DNA from: Ranitomeya imitator
Taxonomy: Eukaryota
Length of the DNA stretch: 64,000 nt
Assembly: GCF_032444005.1 (NCBI RefSeq)
Contig: NC_091289.1
Location: 199,702,001-199,766,000, forward strand
Direction: 5' to 3'
Position numbers and translations under genes: made by a program
The notes under the pieces: generated by a model
Databases searched by the model: none
The model's input: the letters and a program-made list of their open reading frames with translations, nothing else
Told to the model about the DNA's origin: nothing
Shown: positions 25,101 to 39,912 of the stretch, one piece after another
Position numbering within the stretch: the stretch's first letter is position 1
How the letters are laid out: each line of letters starts with the position of its first letter

Positions 25101-28100
25101 GCTGCAGACAGGATCCTATCATGTATCTCTGTATACAGGGAGCTCCCCCTAGTGGTGGATGCAGACAGGATCTTATCACGTATCTCTGTATACAGGGAGC
25201 TCCCCCTAGTGGTGACTGCAGACAGAATCTTATCATGTATCTCTGTATACAGGGAGCTCCCCCTAGTGGTGGCTGCAGACAGGATCTTATCATGTATCTC
25301 TGTATACAGGGAGCTCCCCCTAGTGGTGATTTCAGACAGGATCTTATCATGTATCTCTGTATACAGGGAGCTCCCCCTAGTGGTGGCTGCAGACAGGATC
25401 TTATCATGTATCTCTGTATACAGGGAGCTCCCCCTAGTGGTGACTGCAGACAGGATCTTATCATGTATCTCTGTATACAGGGAGCTCCCCCTAGTGGTAG
25501 CTGCAGACAGGATCTTATCATGTATCTCTGTATACAGGGAGCTCCCCCTAGTGGTGACTGCAGACAGGACCTTATGTATCTCTGTATACAGGGAGCTCCC
25601 CCTAGTGGTGACTGCAGACAGGATCTTATCATGTATCTCTGTATACAGGGAGCTCCCCCTAGTGGTGGCTGCAGACAGGATCTTATCATGTATCTCTGTA
25701 TACAGGGAGCTCCCCCTAGTGGTGACTGCAGACAGGATCTTATCATGTATTTCTGTATACAGGGAGCTCCCCCTAGTGGTGACTGCAGACAGGATCTTAT
25801 CATGCATCTCTGTATACAGGGAGCTCCCCCTAGTGGTGGCTGCAGACAGGATCTTATCATGTATCTCTGTATACAGGTAGCTCCCCCTAGTGGTGGCTGC
25901 AGACAGGATCTTATCACGTATCTCTGTATACAGGGAGCTCCCCCTAGTGGTGGCTGCAGACAGGATCTTATGTATCTCTGTATACAGGGAGCTCCCCCTA
26001 GTGGTGGCTGCAGACAGGATCTTATCATGTATCTCTGTATACAGGTAGCTCCCCCTAGTGGTGACTGCAGACAGGATCTTATCATGTATCTCTGTATACA
26101 GGGAGCTCCCCCTAGTGGTGGCTGCAGACAGGATCTTATCATGTATCTCTGTATACAGGGAGCTCCCCCTAGTGGTGGCTGCAGACAGGATCTTATCATG
26201 TATCTCTGTATACAGGGAGCTCCCCCTAGTGGTGACTGCAGACAGGATCTTATCATGTATCTCTGTATACAGGGAGCTCCCCCTAGTGGTGGCTGCAGAG
26301 AGGATCTTATCATGTATCTCTGTATACAGGGAGCTCCCCCTAGTGGTGGCTGCAGACAGTATCTTATCATGTATCTCTATATACAGGGAGCTCCCCCTAG
26401 TGGTGGCTGCAGAGAGGATCTTATCATGTATCTCTGTACACAGGGAGCTCCCCCTAGTGGTGACTGCAGGCAGTATCTTATCATGTATCTCTGTATACAG
26501 GGAGCTCCCCCTAGTGGTGGCTGCAGACAGGATCTTATCATGTATCTCTGTACACAGGGAGCTCCCCCTAGTGGTGGCTGCAGACAGGATCTTATGTATC
26601 TCTGTATACAGGGAGCTCCCCCTAGTGGTGCCTGCAGACAGGATCTTATCATGTATCTCTGTATACAGGGAGCTCCCCCTAGTGGTGACTGCAGACAGGA
26701 TCTTATCATGTATCTCTGTATACAGGGAGCTCCCCCTAGTGGTGGCTGCAGACACGATCTTATCATGTATCTCTGTATACAGGGAGCTCCCCCTAGTGGT
26801 GGCTGCAGACAGGATCTTATCATGTATCTCTGTATACAGGGAGCTCCCCCTAGTGGTGGCTGCAGTCAGGATCTTATCATGTATCTCTGTATACAGGGAG
26901 CTCCCCCTAGTGGTGGCTGCAGTCAGGATCTTATCATGTATCTCTGTATACAGGGAGCTCCCCCTAGTGGTGGCTGCAGTCAGGATCTTATCATGTATCT
27001 CTGTATACAGGGAGCTCCCCCTAGTGGTGGCTGCAGTCAGGATCTTATCATGTATCTCTGTATACAGGGAGCTCCCCCTAGTGGTGACTGCAGACAGGAT
27101 CTTATCATGTATCTCTGTATACAGGGAGCTCCCCCTAGTGGTGGCTGCAGACAGGATCTTATCATGTATCTCTGTATACAGGGAGCTCCCCCTAGTGGTG
27201 GCTGCAGACAGGATCCTATCATGTATCTCTGTATACAGGGAGCTCCCCCTAGTGGTGGCTGCAGAGAGGATCTTATCATGTATCTCTGTACACAGGGAGC
27301 TCCCCCTAGTGGTGACTGCAGGCAGTATCTTATCATGTATCTCTGTATACAGGGAGCTCCCCCTAGTGGTGGCTGCAGACAGGATCTTATCATGTATCTC
27401 TGTATACAGGGAGCTCCCCCTAGTGGTGGCTGCAGTCAGGATCTTATCATGTATCTCTGTATACAGGGAGCTCCCCCTAGTGGTGGCTGCAGTCAGGATC
27501 TTATCATGTATCTCTGTATACAGGGAGCTCCCCCTAGTGGTGGCTGCAGTCAGGATCTTATCATGTATCTCTGTATACAGGGAGCTCCCCCTAGTGGTGG
27601 CTGCAGTCAGGATCTTATCATGTATCTCTGTATACAGGGAGCTCCCCCTAGTGGTGACTGCAGACAGGATCTTATCATGTATCTCTGTATACAGGGAGCT
27701 CCCCCTAGTGGTGGCTGCAGACAGGATCTTATCATGTATCTCTGTATACAGGGAGCTCCCCCTAGTGGTGGCTGCAGACAGGATCCTATCATGTATCTCT
27801 GTATACAGGGAGCTCCCCCTAGTGGTGGCTGCAGAGAGGATCTTATCATGTATCTCTGTACACAGGGAGCTCCCCCTAGTGGTGACTGCAGGCAGTATCT
27901 TATCATGTATCTCTGTATACAGGGAGCTCCCCCTAGTGGTGGCTGCAGACAGGATCTTATCATGTATCTCTGTACACAGGGAGCTCCCCCTAGTGGTGGC
28001 TGCAGACAGGATCTTATCATGTATCTCTGTATACAGGGAGCTCCCCCTAGTGGTGGCTGCAGACAGGATCTTATCATGTATCTCTGTATACAGGGAGCCC

Positions 28101-31100
28101 CCCCTAGTGGTGGCTGCAGACAGAACCTTATCATGTATCTCTGTATACAGGGAGCTCCCCCTAGTGGTGTCTGCAGACAGGATATTATCATGTATCTCTG
28201 TATACAGGGAGCTCCCCCTAGTGGTGGCTGCAGACAGAATGTTACAATGTATCTCTGTATACAGGGAGCTCCCCCTAGTGGTGGCTGCAGACAGAACCTT
28301 ATCATGTATCTCTGTATACAGGGAGCTCCCCCTAGTGGTGACTGCAGACAGGATCTTATCATGTATCTCTGTACACAAGGAGCTCCCCCTAGTGGTGGCT
28401 GCAGACAGGATCTTATCATGTATCTCTGTATACAGGGAGCTCCCCCTAGTGGTGGCTGGAGACAGGATCCTATCATGTATCTCTGTATACAGGGAGCTCC
28501 CCCTAGTGGTGGCTGCAGACAGGATCTTATCATGTATCTCTGTATACAGGGAGCTCCCCCTAGTGGTGGCTGGAGACAGGATCCTATCATGTATCTCTGT
28601 ATACAGGGAGCTCCCCCTAGTGGTGTCTGCAGACAGAATGTTACAATGTATCTCTGTATACAGGGAGCTCCCCCTAGTGGTGGCTGCAGACAGAACCTTA
28701 TCATGTATCTCTGTATACAGGGAGCTCCCCCTAGTGGTGACTGCAGACAGGATCTTATCATGTATCTCTGTATACAGGGAGCTCCCCCTAGTGGTGGCTG
28801 CAGACAGGATCTTATCATGTATCTCTGTATACAGGGAGCTCCCCCTAGTGGTGACTGCAGACAGGATCCTATCATGTATCTCTGTATACAGGGAGCTCCC
28901 CCTAGTGGTGGCTGCAGACAGGATCTTATCATGTATCTCTGTATACAGGGAGCTCCCCCTAGTGGTGATTTCAGACAGGATCTTATCATGTATCTCTGTA
29001 TACAGGGAGCTCCCCCTAGTGGTGGCTGCAGACAGGATCTTATCATGTATCTCTGTATACAGGGAGCTCCCCCTAGTGGTGACTGCAGACAGGATCTTAT
29101 CATGTATCTCTGTATACAGGGAGCTCCCCCTAGTGGTAGCTGCAGACAGGATCTTATCATGTATCTCTGTATACAGGGAGCTCCCCCTAGTGGTGACTGC
29201 AGACAGGATCTTATGTATCTCTGTATACAGGGAGCTCCCCCTAGTGGTGACTGCAGACAGGATCTTATCATGTATCTCTGTATACAGGGAGCTCCCCCTA
29301 GTGGTGGCTGCAGACAGGATCTTATCATGTATCTCTGTATACAGGGAGCTCCCCCTAGTGGTGACTGCAGACAGGATCTTATCATGTATCTCTGTATACA
29401 GGGAGCTCCCCCTAGTGGTGGCTGCAGACAGGATCTTATCATGTATCTCTGTATACAGGGAGCTCCCCCTAGTGGTGGTTGCAGACAGGATCTTATCATG
29501 TATCTCTGTATACAGGGAGCTCCCCCTAGTGGTGGCTGCAGACAGGATCTTATCATGTATCTCTGTATACAGGGAGCCCCCCCTAGTGGTGGCTGCAGAC
29601 AGAACCTTATCATGTATGTCTGTATACAGGGAGCTCCCCCTAGTGGTGTCTGCAGACAGAATGTTACAATGTATCTCTGTATACAGGGAGCTCCCCCTAG
29701 TGGTGGCTGCAGACAGAACCTTATCATGTATCTCTGTATACAGGGAGCTCCCCCTAGCGGTGACTGCAGACAGGATCTTATCATGTATCTCTGTATACAG
29801 GGAGCTCCCCCTAGTGGTGACTGCAGACAGGATCTTATCATGTATCTCTGTATACAGGGAGCTCCCCCTAGTGGTGGCTGCAGACAGGATCCTATCATGT
29901 ATCTCTGTATACAGGGAGCTCCCCCTAGTGGTGGATGCAGACAGGATCTTATCACGTATCTCTGTATACAGGGAGCTCCCCCTAGTGGTGACTGCAGACA
30001 GAATCTTATCATGTATCTCTGTATACAGGGAGCTCCCCCTAGTGGTGGCTGCAGACAGGATCTTATCATGTATCTCTGTATACAGGGAGCTCCCCCTAGT
30101 GGTGATTTCAGACAGGATCTTATCATGTATCTCTGTATACAGGGAGCTCCCCCTAGTGGTGGCTGCAGACAGGATCTTATCATGTATCTCTGTATACAGG
30201 GAGCTCCCCCTAGTGGTGACTGCAGACAGGATCTTATCATGTATCTCTGTATACAGGGAGCTCCCCCTAGTGGTAGCTGCAGACAGGATCTTATCATGTA
30301 TCTCTGTATACAGGGAGCTCCCCCTAGTGGTGACTGCAGACAGGACCTTATGTATCTCTGTATACAGGGAGCTCCCCCTAGTGGTGACTGCAGACAGGAT
30401 CTTATCATGTATCTCTGTATACAGGGAGCTCCCCCTAGTGGTGGCTGCAGACAGGATCTTATCATGTATCTCTGTATACAGGGAGCTCCCCCTAGTGGTG
30501 ACTGCAGACAGGATCTTATCATGTATTTCTGTATACAGGGAGCTCCCCCTAGTGGTGACTGCAGACAGGATCTTATCATGCATCTCTGTATACAGGGAGC
30601 TCCCCCTAGTGGTGGCTGCAGACAGGATCTTATCATGTATCTCTGTATACAGGTAGCTCCCCCTAGTGGTGGCTGCAGACAGGATCTTATCACGTATCTC
30701 TGTATACAGGGAGCTCCCCCTAGTGGTGGCTGCAGACAGGATCTTATGTATCTCTGTATACAGGGAGCTCCCCCTAGTGGTGGCTGCAGACAGGATCTTA
30801 TCATGTATCTCTGTATACAGGTAGCTCCCCCTAGTGGTGACTGCAGACAGGATCTTATCATGTATCTCTGTATACAGGGAGCTCCCCCTAGTGGTGGCTG
30901 CAGACAGGATCTTATCATGTATCTCTGTATACAGGGAGCTCCCCCTAGTGGTGGCTGCAGACAGGATCTTATCATGTATCTCTGTATACAGGGAGCTCCC
31001 CCTAGTGGTGACTGCAGACAGGATCTTATCATGTATCTCTGTATACAGGGAGCTCCCCCTAGTGGTGGCTGCAGAGAGGATCTTATCATGTATGTCTGTA

Positions 31101-34100
31101 TACAGGGAGCTCCCCCTAGTGGTGGCTGCAGACAGTATCTTATCATGTATCTCTATATACAGGGAGCTCCCCCTAGTGGTGGCTGCAGAGAGGATCTTAT
31201 CATGTATCTCTGTACACAGGGAGCTCCCCCTAGTGGTGACTGCAGGCAGTATCTTATCATGTCTCTCTGTATACAGGGAGCTCCCCCTAGTGGTGGCTGC
31301 AGACAGGATCTTATCATGTATCTCTGTACACAGGGAGCTCCCCCTAGTGGTGGCTGCAGACAGGATCTTATCATGTATCTCTGTATACAGGGAGCTCCCC
31401 CTAGTGGTGGCTGCAGACAGGATCTTATCATGTATCTCTGTATACAGGGAGCCCCCCCTAGTGGTGGCTGCAGACAGAACCTTATCATGTATCTCTGTAT
31501 ACAGGGAGCTCCCCCTAGTGGTGTCTGCAGACAGGATATTATCATGTATCTCTGTATCCAGGGAGCTCCCCCTAGTGGTGGCTGCAGACAGAATGTTACA
31601 ATGTATCTCTGTATACAGGGAGCTCCCCCTAGTGGTGGCTGCAGACAGAACCTTATCATGTATCTCTGTATACAGGGAGCTCCCCCTAGTGGTGACTGCA
31701 GACAGGATCTTATCATGTATCTCTGTACACAAGGAGCTCCCCCTAGTGGTGGCTGCAGACAGGATCTTATCATGTATCTCTGTATACAGGGAGCTCCCCC
31801 TAGTGGTGGCTGGAGACAGGATCCTATCATGTATCTCTGTATACAGGGAGCTCCCCCTAGTGGTGGCTGCAGACAGGATCTTATCATGTATCTCTGTATA
31901 CAGGGAGCTCCCCCTAGTGGTGGCTGGAGACAGGATCCTATCATGTATCTCTGTATACAGGGAGCTCCCCCTAGTGGTGTCTGCAGACAGAATGTTACAA
32001 TGTATCTCTGTATACAGGGAGCTCCCCCTAGTGGTGGCTGCAGACAGAACCTTATCATGTATCTCTGTATACAGGGAGCTCCCCCTAGCGGTGACTGCAG
32101 ACAGGATCTTATCATGTATCTCTGTATACAGGGAGCTCCCCCTAGTGGTGGCTGCAGACAGGATCTTATCATGTATCTCTGTATACAGGGAGCTCCCCCT
32201 AGTGGTGGCTGCAGACAGGATCTTATCATGTATCTCTGTATACAGGGAGCTCCCCCTAGTGGTGACTGCAGACAGGATCCTATCATGTATCTCTGTATAC
32301 AGGGAGCTCCCCCTAGTGGTGGCTGCAGACAGGATCTTATCATGTATCTCTGTATACAGGGAGCTCCCCCTAGTGGTGATTTCAGACAGGATCTTATCAT
32401 GTATCTCTGTATACAGGGAGCTCCCCCTAGTGGTGGCTGCAGACAGGATCTTATCATGTATCTCTGTATACAGGGAGCTCCCCCTAGTGGTGACTGCAGA
32501 CAGGATCTTATCATGTATCTCTGTATACAGGGAGCTCCCCCTAGTGGTAGCTGCAGACAGGATCTTATCATGTATCTCTGTATACAGGGAGCTCCCCCTA
32601 GTGGTGACTGCAGACAGGATCTTATGTATCTCTGTATACAGGGAGCTCCCCCTAGTGGTGACTGCAGACAGGATCTTATCATGTATCTCTGTATACAGGG
32701 AGCTCCCCCTAGTGGTGGCTGCAGACAGGATCTTATCATGTATCTCTGTATACAGGGAGCTCCCCCTAGTGGTGACTGCAGACAGGATCTTATCATGTAT
32801 CTCTGTATACAGGGAGCTCCCCCTAGTGGTGGCTGCAGACAGGATCTTATCATGTATCTCTGTATACAGGGAGCTCCCCCTAGTGGTGGTTGCAGACAGG
32901 ATCTTATCATGTATCTCTGTATACAGGGAGCTCCCCCTAGTGGTGGCTGCAGACAGGATCTTATCATGTATCTCTGTATACAGGGAGCCCCCCCTAGTGG
33001 TGGCTGCAGACAGAACCTTATCATGTATCTCTGTATACAGGGAGCTCCCCCTAGTGGTGTCTGCAGACAGAATGTTACAATGTATCTCTGTATACAGGGA
33101 GCTCCCCCTAGTGGTGGCTGCAGACAGAACCTTATCATGTATCTCTGTATACAGGGAGCTCCCCCTAGCGGTGACTGCAGACAGGATCTTATCATGTATC
33201 TCTGTATACAGGGAGCTCCCCCTAGTGGTGACTGCAGACAGGATCTTATCATGTATCTCTGTATACAGGGAGCTCCCCCTAGTGGTGGCTGCAGACAGGA
33301 TCCTATCATGTATCTCTGTATACAGGGAGCTCCCCCTAGTGGTGGATGCAGACAGGATCTTATCATGTATCTCTGTATACAGGGAGCTCCCCCTAGTGGT
33401 GACTGCAGACAGAATCTTATCATGTATCTCTGTATACAGGGAGCTCCCCCTAGTGGTGGCTGCAGACAGGATCTTATCATGTATCTCTGTATACAGGGAG
33501 CTCCCCCTAGTGGTGATTTCAGACAGGATCTTATCATGTATCTCTGTATACAGGGAGCTCCCCCTAGTGGTGGCTGCAGACAGGATCTTATCATGTATCT
33601 CTGTATACAGGGAGCTCCCCCTAGTGGTGACTGCAGACAGGATCTTATCATGTATCTCTGTATACAGGGAGCTCCCCCTAGTGGTAGCTGCAGACAGGAT
33701 CTTATCATGTATCTCTGTATACAGGGAGCTCCCCCTAGTGGTGGCTGCAGACAGGATCTTATCATGTATCTCTGTATACAGGGAGCTCCCCCTAGTGGTG
33801 ACTGCAGACAGGATCCTATCATGTATCTCTGTATACAGGGAGCTCCCCCTAGTGGTGGCTGCAGACAGGATCTTATCATGTATCTCTGTATACAGGGAGC
33901 TCCCCCTAGTGGTGATTTCAGACAGGATCTTATCATGTATCTCTGTATACAGGGAGCTCCCCCTAGTGGTGGCTGCAGACAGGATCTTATCATGTATCTC
34001 TGTATACAGGGAGCTCCCCCTAGTGGTGACTGCAGACAGGATCTTATCATGTATCTCTGTATACAGGGAGCTCCCCCTAGTGGTAGCTGCAGACAGGATC

Positions 34101-37100
34101 TTATCATGTATCTCTGTATACAGGGAGCTCCCCCTAGTGGTGACTGCAGACAGGATCTTATGTATCTCTGTATACAGGGAGCTCCCCCTAGTGGTGACTG
34201 CAGACAGGATCTTATCATGTATCTCTGTATACAGGGAGCTCCCCCTAGTGGTGGCTGCAGACAGGATCTTATCATGTATCTCTGTATACAGGGAGCTCCC
34301 CCTAGTGGTGGCTGCAGACAGGATCTTATCATGTATCTCTGTATACAGGGAGCTCCCCCTAGTGGTGGTTGCAGACAGGATCTTATCATGTATCTCTGTA
34401 TACAGGGAGCTCCCCCTAGTGGTGGCTGCAGACAGGATCTTATCATGTATCTCTGTATACAGGGAGCTCCCCCTAGTGGTGACTGCAGACAGGATCTTAT
34501 CATGTATCTCTGTATACAGGGAGCTCCCCCTAGTGGTGGCTGCAGACAGGATCTTATCATGTATCTCTGTATACAGGGAGCTCCCCCTAGTGGTGGTTGC
34601 AGACAGGATCTTATCATGTATCTCTGTATACAGGGAGCTCCCCCTAGTGGTGGCTGCAGACAGGATCTTATCATGTATCTCTGTATACAGGGAGCCCCCC
34701 CTAGTGGTGGCTGCAGACAGAACCTTATCATGTATGTCTGTATACAGGGAGCTCCCCCTAGTGGTGTCTGCAGACAGAATGTTACAATGTATCTCTGTAT
34801 ACAGGGAGCTCCCCCTAGTGGTGGCTGCAGACAGAACCTTATCATGTATCTCTGTATACAGGGAGCTCCCCCTAGCGGTGACTGCAGACAGGATCTTATC
34901 ATGTATCTCTGTATACAGGGAGCTCCCCCTAGTGGTGACTGCAGACAGGATCTTATCATGTATCTCTGTATACAGGGAGCTCCCCCTAGTGGTGGCTGCA
35001 GACAGGATCCTATCATGTATCTCTGTATACAGGGAGCTCCCCCTAGTGGTGGATGCAGACAGGATCTTATCATGTATCTCTGTATACAGGGAGCTCCCCC
35101 TAGTGGTGACTGCAGACAGAATCTTATCATGTATCTCTGTATACAGGGAGCTCCCCCTAGTGGTGGCTGCAGACAGGATCTTATCATGTATCTCTGTATA
35201 CAGGGAGCTCCCCCTAGTGGTGATTTCAGACAGGATCTTATCATGTATCTCTGTATACAGGGAGCTCCCCCTAGTGGTGACTGCAGACAGGATCTTATCA
35301 TGTATCTCTGTATACAGGGAGCTCCCCCTAGTGGTAGCTGCAGACAGGATCTTATCATGTATCTCTGTATACAGGGAGCTCCCCCTAGTGGTGACTGCAG
35401 ACAGGATCTTATGTATCTCTGTATACAGGGAGCTCCCCCTAGTGGTGACTGCAGACAGGATCTTATCATGTATCTCTGTATACAGGGAGCTCCCCCTAGT
35501 GGTGGCTGCAGACAGGATCTTATCATGTATCTCTGTATACAGGGAGCTCCCCCTAGTGGTGACTGCAGACAGGATCTTATCATGTATTTCTGTATACAGG
35601 GAGCTCCCCCTAGTGGTGACTGCAGACAGGATCTTATCATGCATCTCTGTATACAGGGAGCTCCCCCTAGTGGTGGCTGCAGACAGGATCTTATCATGTA
35701 TCTCTGTATACAGGTAGCTCCCCCTAGTGGTGGCTGCAGACAGGATCTTATCACGTATCTCTGTATACAGGGAGCTCCCCCTAGTGGTGGCTGCAGACAG
35801 GATCTTATGTATCTCTGTATACAGGGAGCTCCCCCTAGTGGTGGCTGCAGACAGGATCTTATCATGTATCTCTGTATACAGGTAGCTCCCCCTAGTGGTG
35901 ACTGCAGACAGGATCTTATCATGTATCTCTGTATACAGGGAGCTCCCCCTAGTGGTGGCTGCAGACAGGATCTTATCATGTATCTCTGTATACAGGGAGC
36001 TCCCCCTAGTGGTGACTGCAGACAGGATCTTATCATGTATCTCTGTATACAGGGAGCTCCCCCTAGTGGTGGCTGCAGAGAGGATCTTATCATGTATCTC
36101 TGTATACAGGGAGCTCCCCCTAGTGGTGGCTGCAGACAGTATCTTATCATGTATCTCTATATACAGGGAGCTCCCCCTAGTGGTGGCTGCAGAGAGGATC
36201 TTATCATGTATCTCTGTACACAGGGAGCTCCCCCTAGTGGTGACTGCAGGCAGTATCTTATCATGTATCTCTGTATACAGGGAGCTCCCCCTAGTGGTGG
36301 CTGCAGACAGGATCTTATCATGTATCTCTGTACACAGGGAGCTCCCCCTAGTGGTGGCTGCAGACAGGATCTTATCATGTATCTCTGTATACAGGGAGCT
36401 CCCCCTAGTGGTGGCTGCAGACAGGATCTTATCATGTATCTCTGTATACAGGGAGCCCCCCCTAGTGGTGGCTGCAGACAGAACCTTATCATGTATCTCT
36501 GTATACAGGGAGCTCCCCCTAGTGGTGTCTGCAGACAGGATATTATCATGTATCTCTGTATACAGGGAGCTCCCCCTAGTGGTGGCTGCAGACAGAATGT
36601 TACAATGTATCTCTGTATACAGGGAGCTCCCCCTAGTGGTGGCTGCAGACAGAACCTTATCATGTATCTCTGTATACAGGGAGCTCCCCCTAGTGGTGAC
36701 TGCAGACAGGATCTTATCATGTATCTCTGTACACAAGGAGCTCCCCCTAGTGGTGGCTGCAGACAGGATCTTATCATGTATCTCTGTATACAGGGAGCTC
36801 CCCCTAGTGGTGGCTGGAGACAGGATCCTATCATGTATCTCTGTATACAGGGAGCTCCCCCTAGTGGTGGCTGCAGACAGGATCTTATCATGTATCTCTG
36901 TATACAGGGAGCTCCCCCTAGTGGTGGCTGGAGACAGGATCCTATCATGTATCTCTGTATACAGGGAGCTCCCCCTAGTGGTGTCTGCAGACAGAATGTT
37001 ACAATGTATCTCTGTATACAGGGAGCTCCCCCTAGTGGTGGCTGCAGACAGAACCTTATCATGTATCTCTGTATACAGGGAGCTCCCCCTAGCGGTGACT

Positions 37101-39712
37101 GCAGACAGGATCTTATCATGTATCTCTGTATACAGGGAGCTCCCCCTAGTGGTGGCTGCAGACAGGATCTTATCATGTATCTCTGTATACAGGGAGCTCC
37201 CCCTAGTGGTGGCTGCAGACAGGATCTTATCATGTATCTCTGTATACAGGGAGCTCCCCCTAGTGGTGACTGCAGACAGGATCCTATCATGTATCTCTGT
37301 ATACAGGGAGCTCCCCCTAGTGGTGGCTGCAGACAGGATCTTATCATGTATCTCTATACAGGGAGCTCCCCCTAGTGGTGATTTCAGACAGGATCTTATC
37401 ATGTATCTCTGTATACAGGGAGCTCCCCCTAGTGGTGGCTGCAGACAGGATCTTATCATGTATCTCTGTATACAGGGAGCTCCCCCTAGTGGTGACTGCA
37501 GACAGGATCTTATCATGTATCTCTGTATACAGGGAGCTCCCCCTAGTGGTAGCTGCAGACAGGATCTTATCATGTATCTCTGTATACAGGGAGCTCCCCC
37601 TAGTGGTGACTGCAGACAGGATCTTATGTATCTCTGTATACAGGGAGCTCCCCCTAGTGGTGACTGCAGACAGGATCTTATCATGTATCTCTGTATACAG
37701 GGAGCTCCCCCTAGTGGTGGCTGCAGACAGGATCTTATCATGTATCTCTGTATACAGGGAGCTCCCCCTAGTGGTGACTGCAGACAGGATCTTATCATGT
37801 ATCTCTGTATACAGGGAGCTCCCCCTAGTGGTGGCTGCAGACAGGATCTTATCATGTATCTCTGTATACAGGGAGCTCCCCCTAGTGGTGGTTGCAGACA
37901 GGATCTTATCATGTATCTCTGTATACAGGGAGCTCCCCCTAGTGGTGGCTGCAGACAGGATCTTATCATGTATCTCTGTATACAGGGAGCCCCCCCTAGT
38001 GGTGGCTGCAGACAGAACCTTATCATGTATGTCTGTATACAGGGAGCTCCCCCTAGTGGTGTCTGCAGACAGAATGTTACAATGTATCTCTGTATACAGG
38101 GAGCTCCCCCTAGTGGTGGCTGCAGACAGAACCTTATCATGTATCTCTGTATACAGGGAGCTCCCCCTAGCGGTGACTGCAGACAGGATCTTATCATGTA
38201 TCTCTGTATACAGGGAGCTCCCCCTAGTGGTGACTGCAGACAGGATCTTATCATGTATCTCTGTATACAGGGAGCTCCCCCTAGTGGTGGCTGCAGACAG
38301 GATCCTATCATGTATCTCTGTATACAGGGAGCTCCCCCTAGTGGTGGATGCAGACAGGATCTTATCATGTATCTCTGTATACAGGGAGCTCCCCCTAGTG
38401 GTGACTGCAGACAGAATCTTATCATGTATCTCTGTATACAGGGAGCTCCCCCTAGTGGTGGCTGCAGACAGGATCTTATCATGTATCTCTGTATACAGGG
38501 AGCTCCCCCTAGTGGTGATTTCAGACAGGATCTTATCATGTATCTCTGTATACAGGGAGCTCCCCCTAGTGGTGGCTGCAGACAGGATCTTATCATGTAT
38601 CTCTGTATACAGGGAGCTCCCCCTAGTGGTGACTGCAGACAGGATCTTATCATGTATCTCTGTATACAGGGAGCTCCCCCTAGTGGTAGCTGCAGACAGG
38701 ATCTTATCATGTATCTCTGTATACAGGGAGCTCCCCCTAGTGGTGGCTGCAGACAGGATCTTATCATGTATCTCTGTATACAGGGAGCTCCCCCTAGTGG
38801 TGACTGCAGACAGGATCTTATGTATCTCTGTATACAGGGAGCTCCCCCTAGTGGTGACTGCAGACAGGATCTTATCATGTATCTCTGTATACAGGGAGCT
38901 CCCCCTAGTGGTGGCTGCAGACAGGATCTTATCATGTATCTCTGTATACAGGGAGCTCCCCCTAGTGGTGACTGCAGACAGGATCTTATCATGTATTTCT
39001 GTATACAGGGAGCTCCCCCTAGTGGTGACTGCAGACAGGATCTTATCATGCATCTCTGTATACAGGGAGCTCCCCCTAGTGGTGGCTGCAGACAGGATCT
39101 TATCATGTATCTCTGTATACAGGTAGCTCCCCCTAGTGGTGGCTGCAGACAGGATCTTATCACGTATCTCTGTATACAGGTAGCTCCCCCTAGTGGTGGC
39201 TGCAGACAGGATCTTATCACGTATCTCTGTATACAGGGAGCTCCCCCTAGTGGTGGCTGCAGACAGGATCTTATGTATCTCTGTATACAGGGAGCTCCCC
39301 CTAGTGGTGGCTGCAGACAGGATCTTATCATGTATCTCTGTATACAGGGAGCTCCCCCTAGTGGTGGCTGCAGACAGGATCTTATCATGTATCTCTGTAT
39401 ACAGGGAGCTCCCCCTAGTGGTGACTGCAGACAGGATCTTATCATGTATCTCTGTATACAGGGAGCTCCCCCTAGTGGTGACTGCAGACAGGATCTTATC
39501 ATGTATCTCTGTATACAGGGAGCTCCCCCTAGTGGTGGCTGCAGACAGGATCTTATCATGTATCTCTGTATACAGGGAGCTCCCCCTAGTGGTGACTGCA
39601 GACAGGATCTTATCATGCATGTCTGTATACAGGGAGCTCCCTCTAGTGGTGACTGCAGACAGGATCTTATCATGTATCTCTGTATACAGGGAGCTCCCCC
39701 TAGTGGTGACTG
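22135..39712. repeat. 57-bp satellite, right block (~308 copies) with higher-order structure
   Basis: Same unit; 54-bp (-CAT) variants and diagnostic SNV series recur every ~3.3-5 kb; one 55-bp monomer near 37355. Confidence 0.98.
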
Positions 39713-39795
39713 TTCTGCTTTATCTTTTTTTTCTGTAGTGTATTTTGAAACAATTTTCAGAAAACTTAAGCCTTTGATCAAGTATCTACAAATAC

Positions 39796-39912
39796 CTTTG
39801 TAAAGCGTCTCCAGGGGGCTTCTTCAATGTAGGTCTTTGCTCTTGTCACATGACTGAAGTATGTGAGGAAATGATTACAAATCTCCAGAGAGAAATCCTC
39901 AATGGTGTTTAT
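39796..39912 (-). CDS. uox: Urate oxidase exon 3
   Basis: TTGCACAG|INTIEDFSLEICNHFLTYFSHVTRAKTYIEEAPWRRFTK|gtattt; 117 nt. Confidence 0.96.

Noticed and set aside
22115-39803. Giant ORFs of 5086 aa (+) and 5874 aa (-) and overlapping 1000-1600-aa ORFs
   Set aside because: Translations of a 57-bp (19-codon) monomer that lacks stops in several frames on both strands. The recurrent -3 variant is explained by AT microhomology slippage (TATCATG>TATG). No promoter, splice context or domain; the region is uox intron 3.
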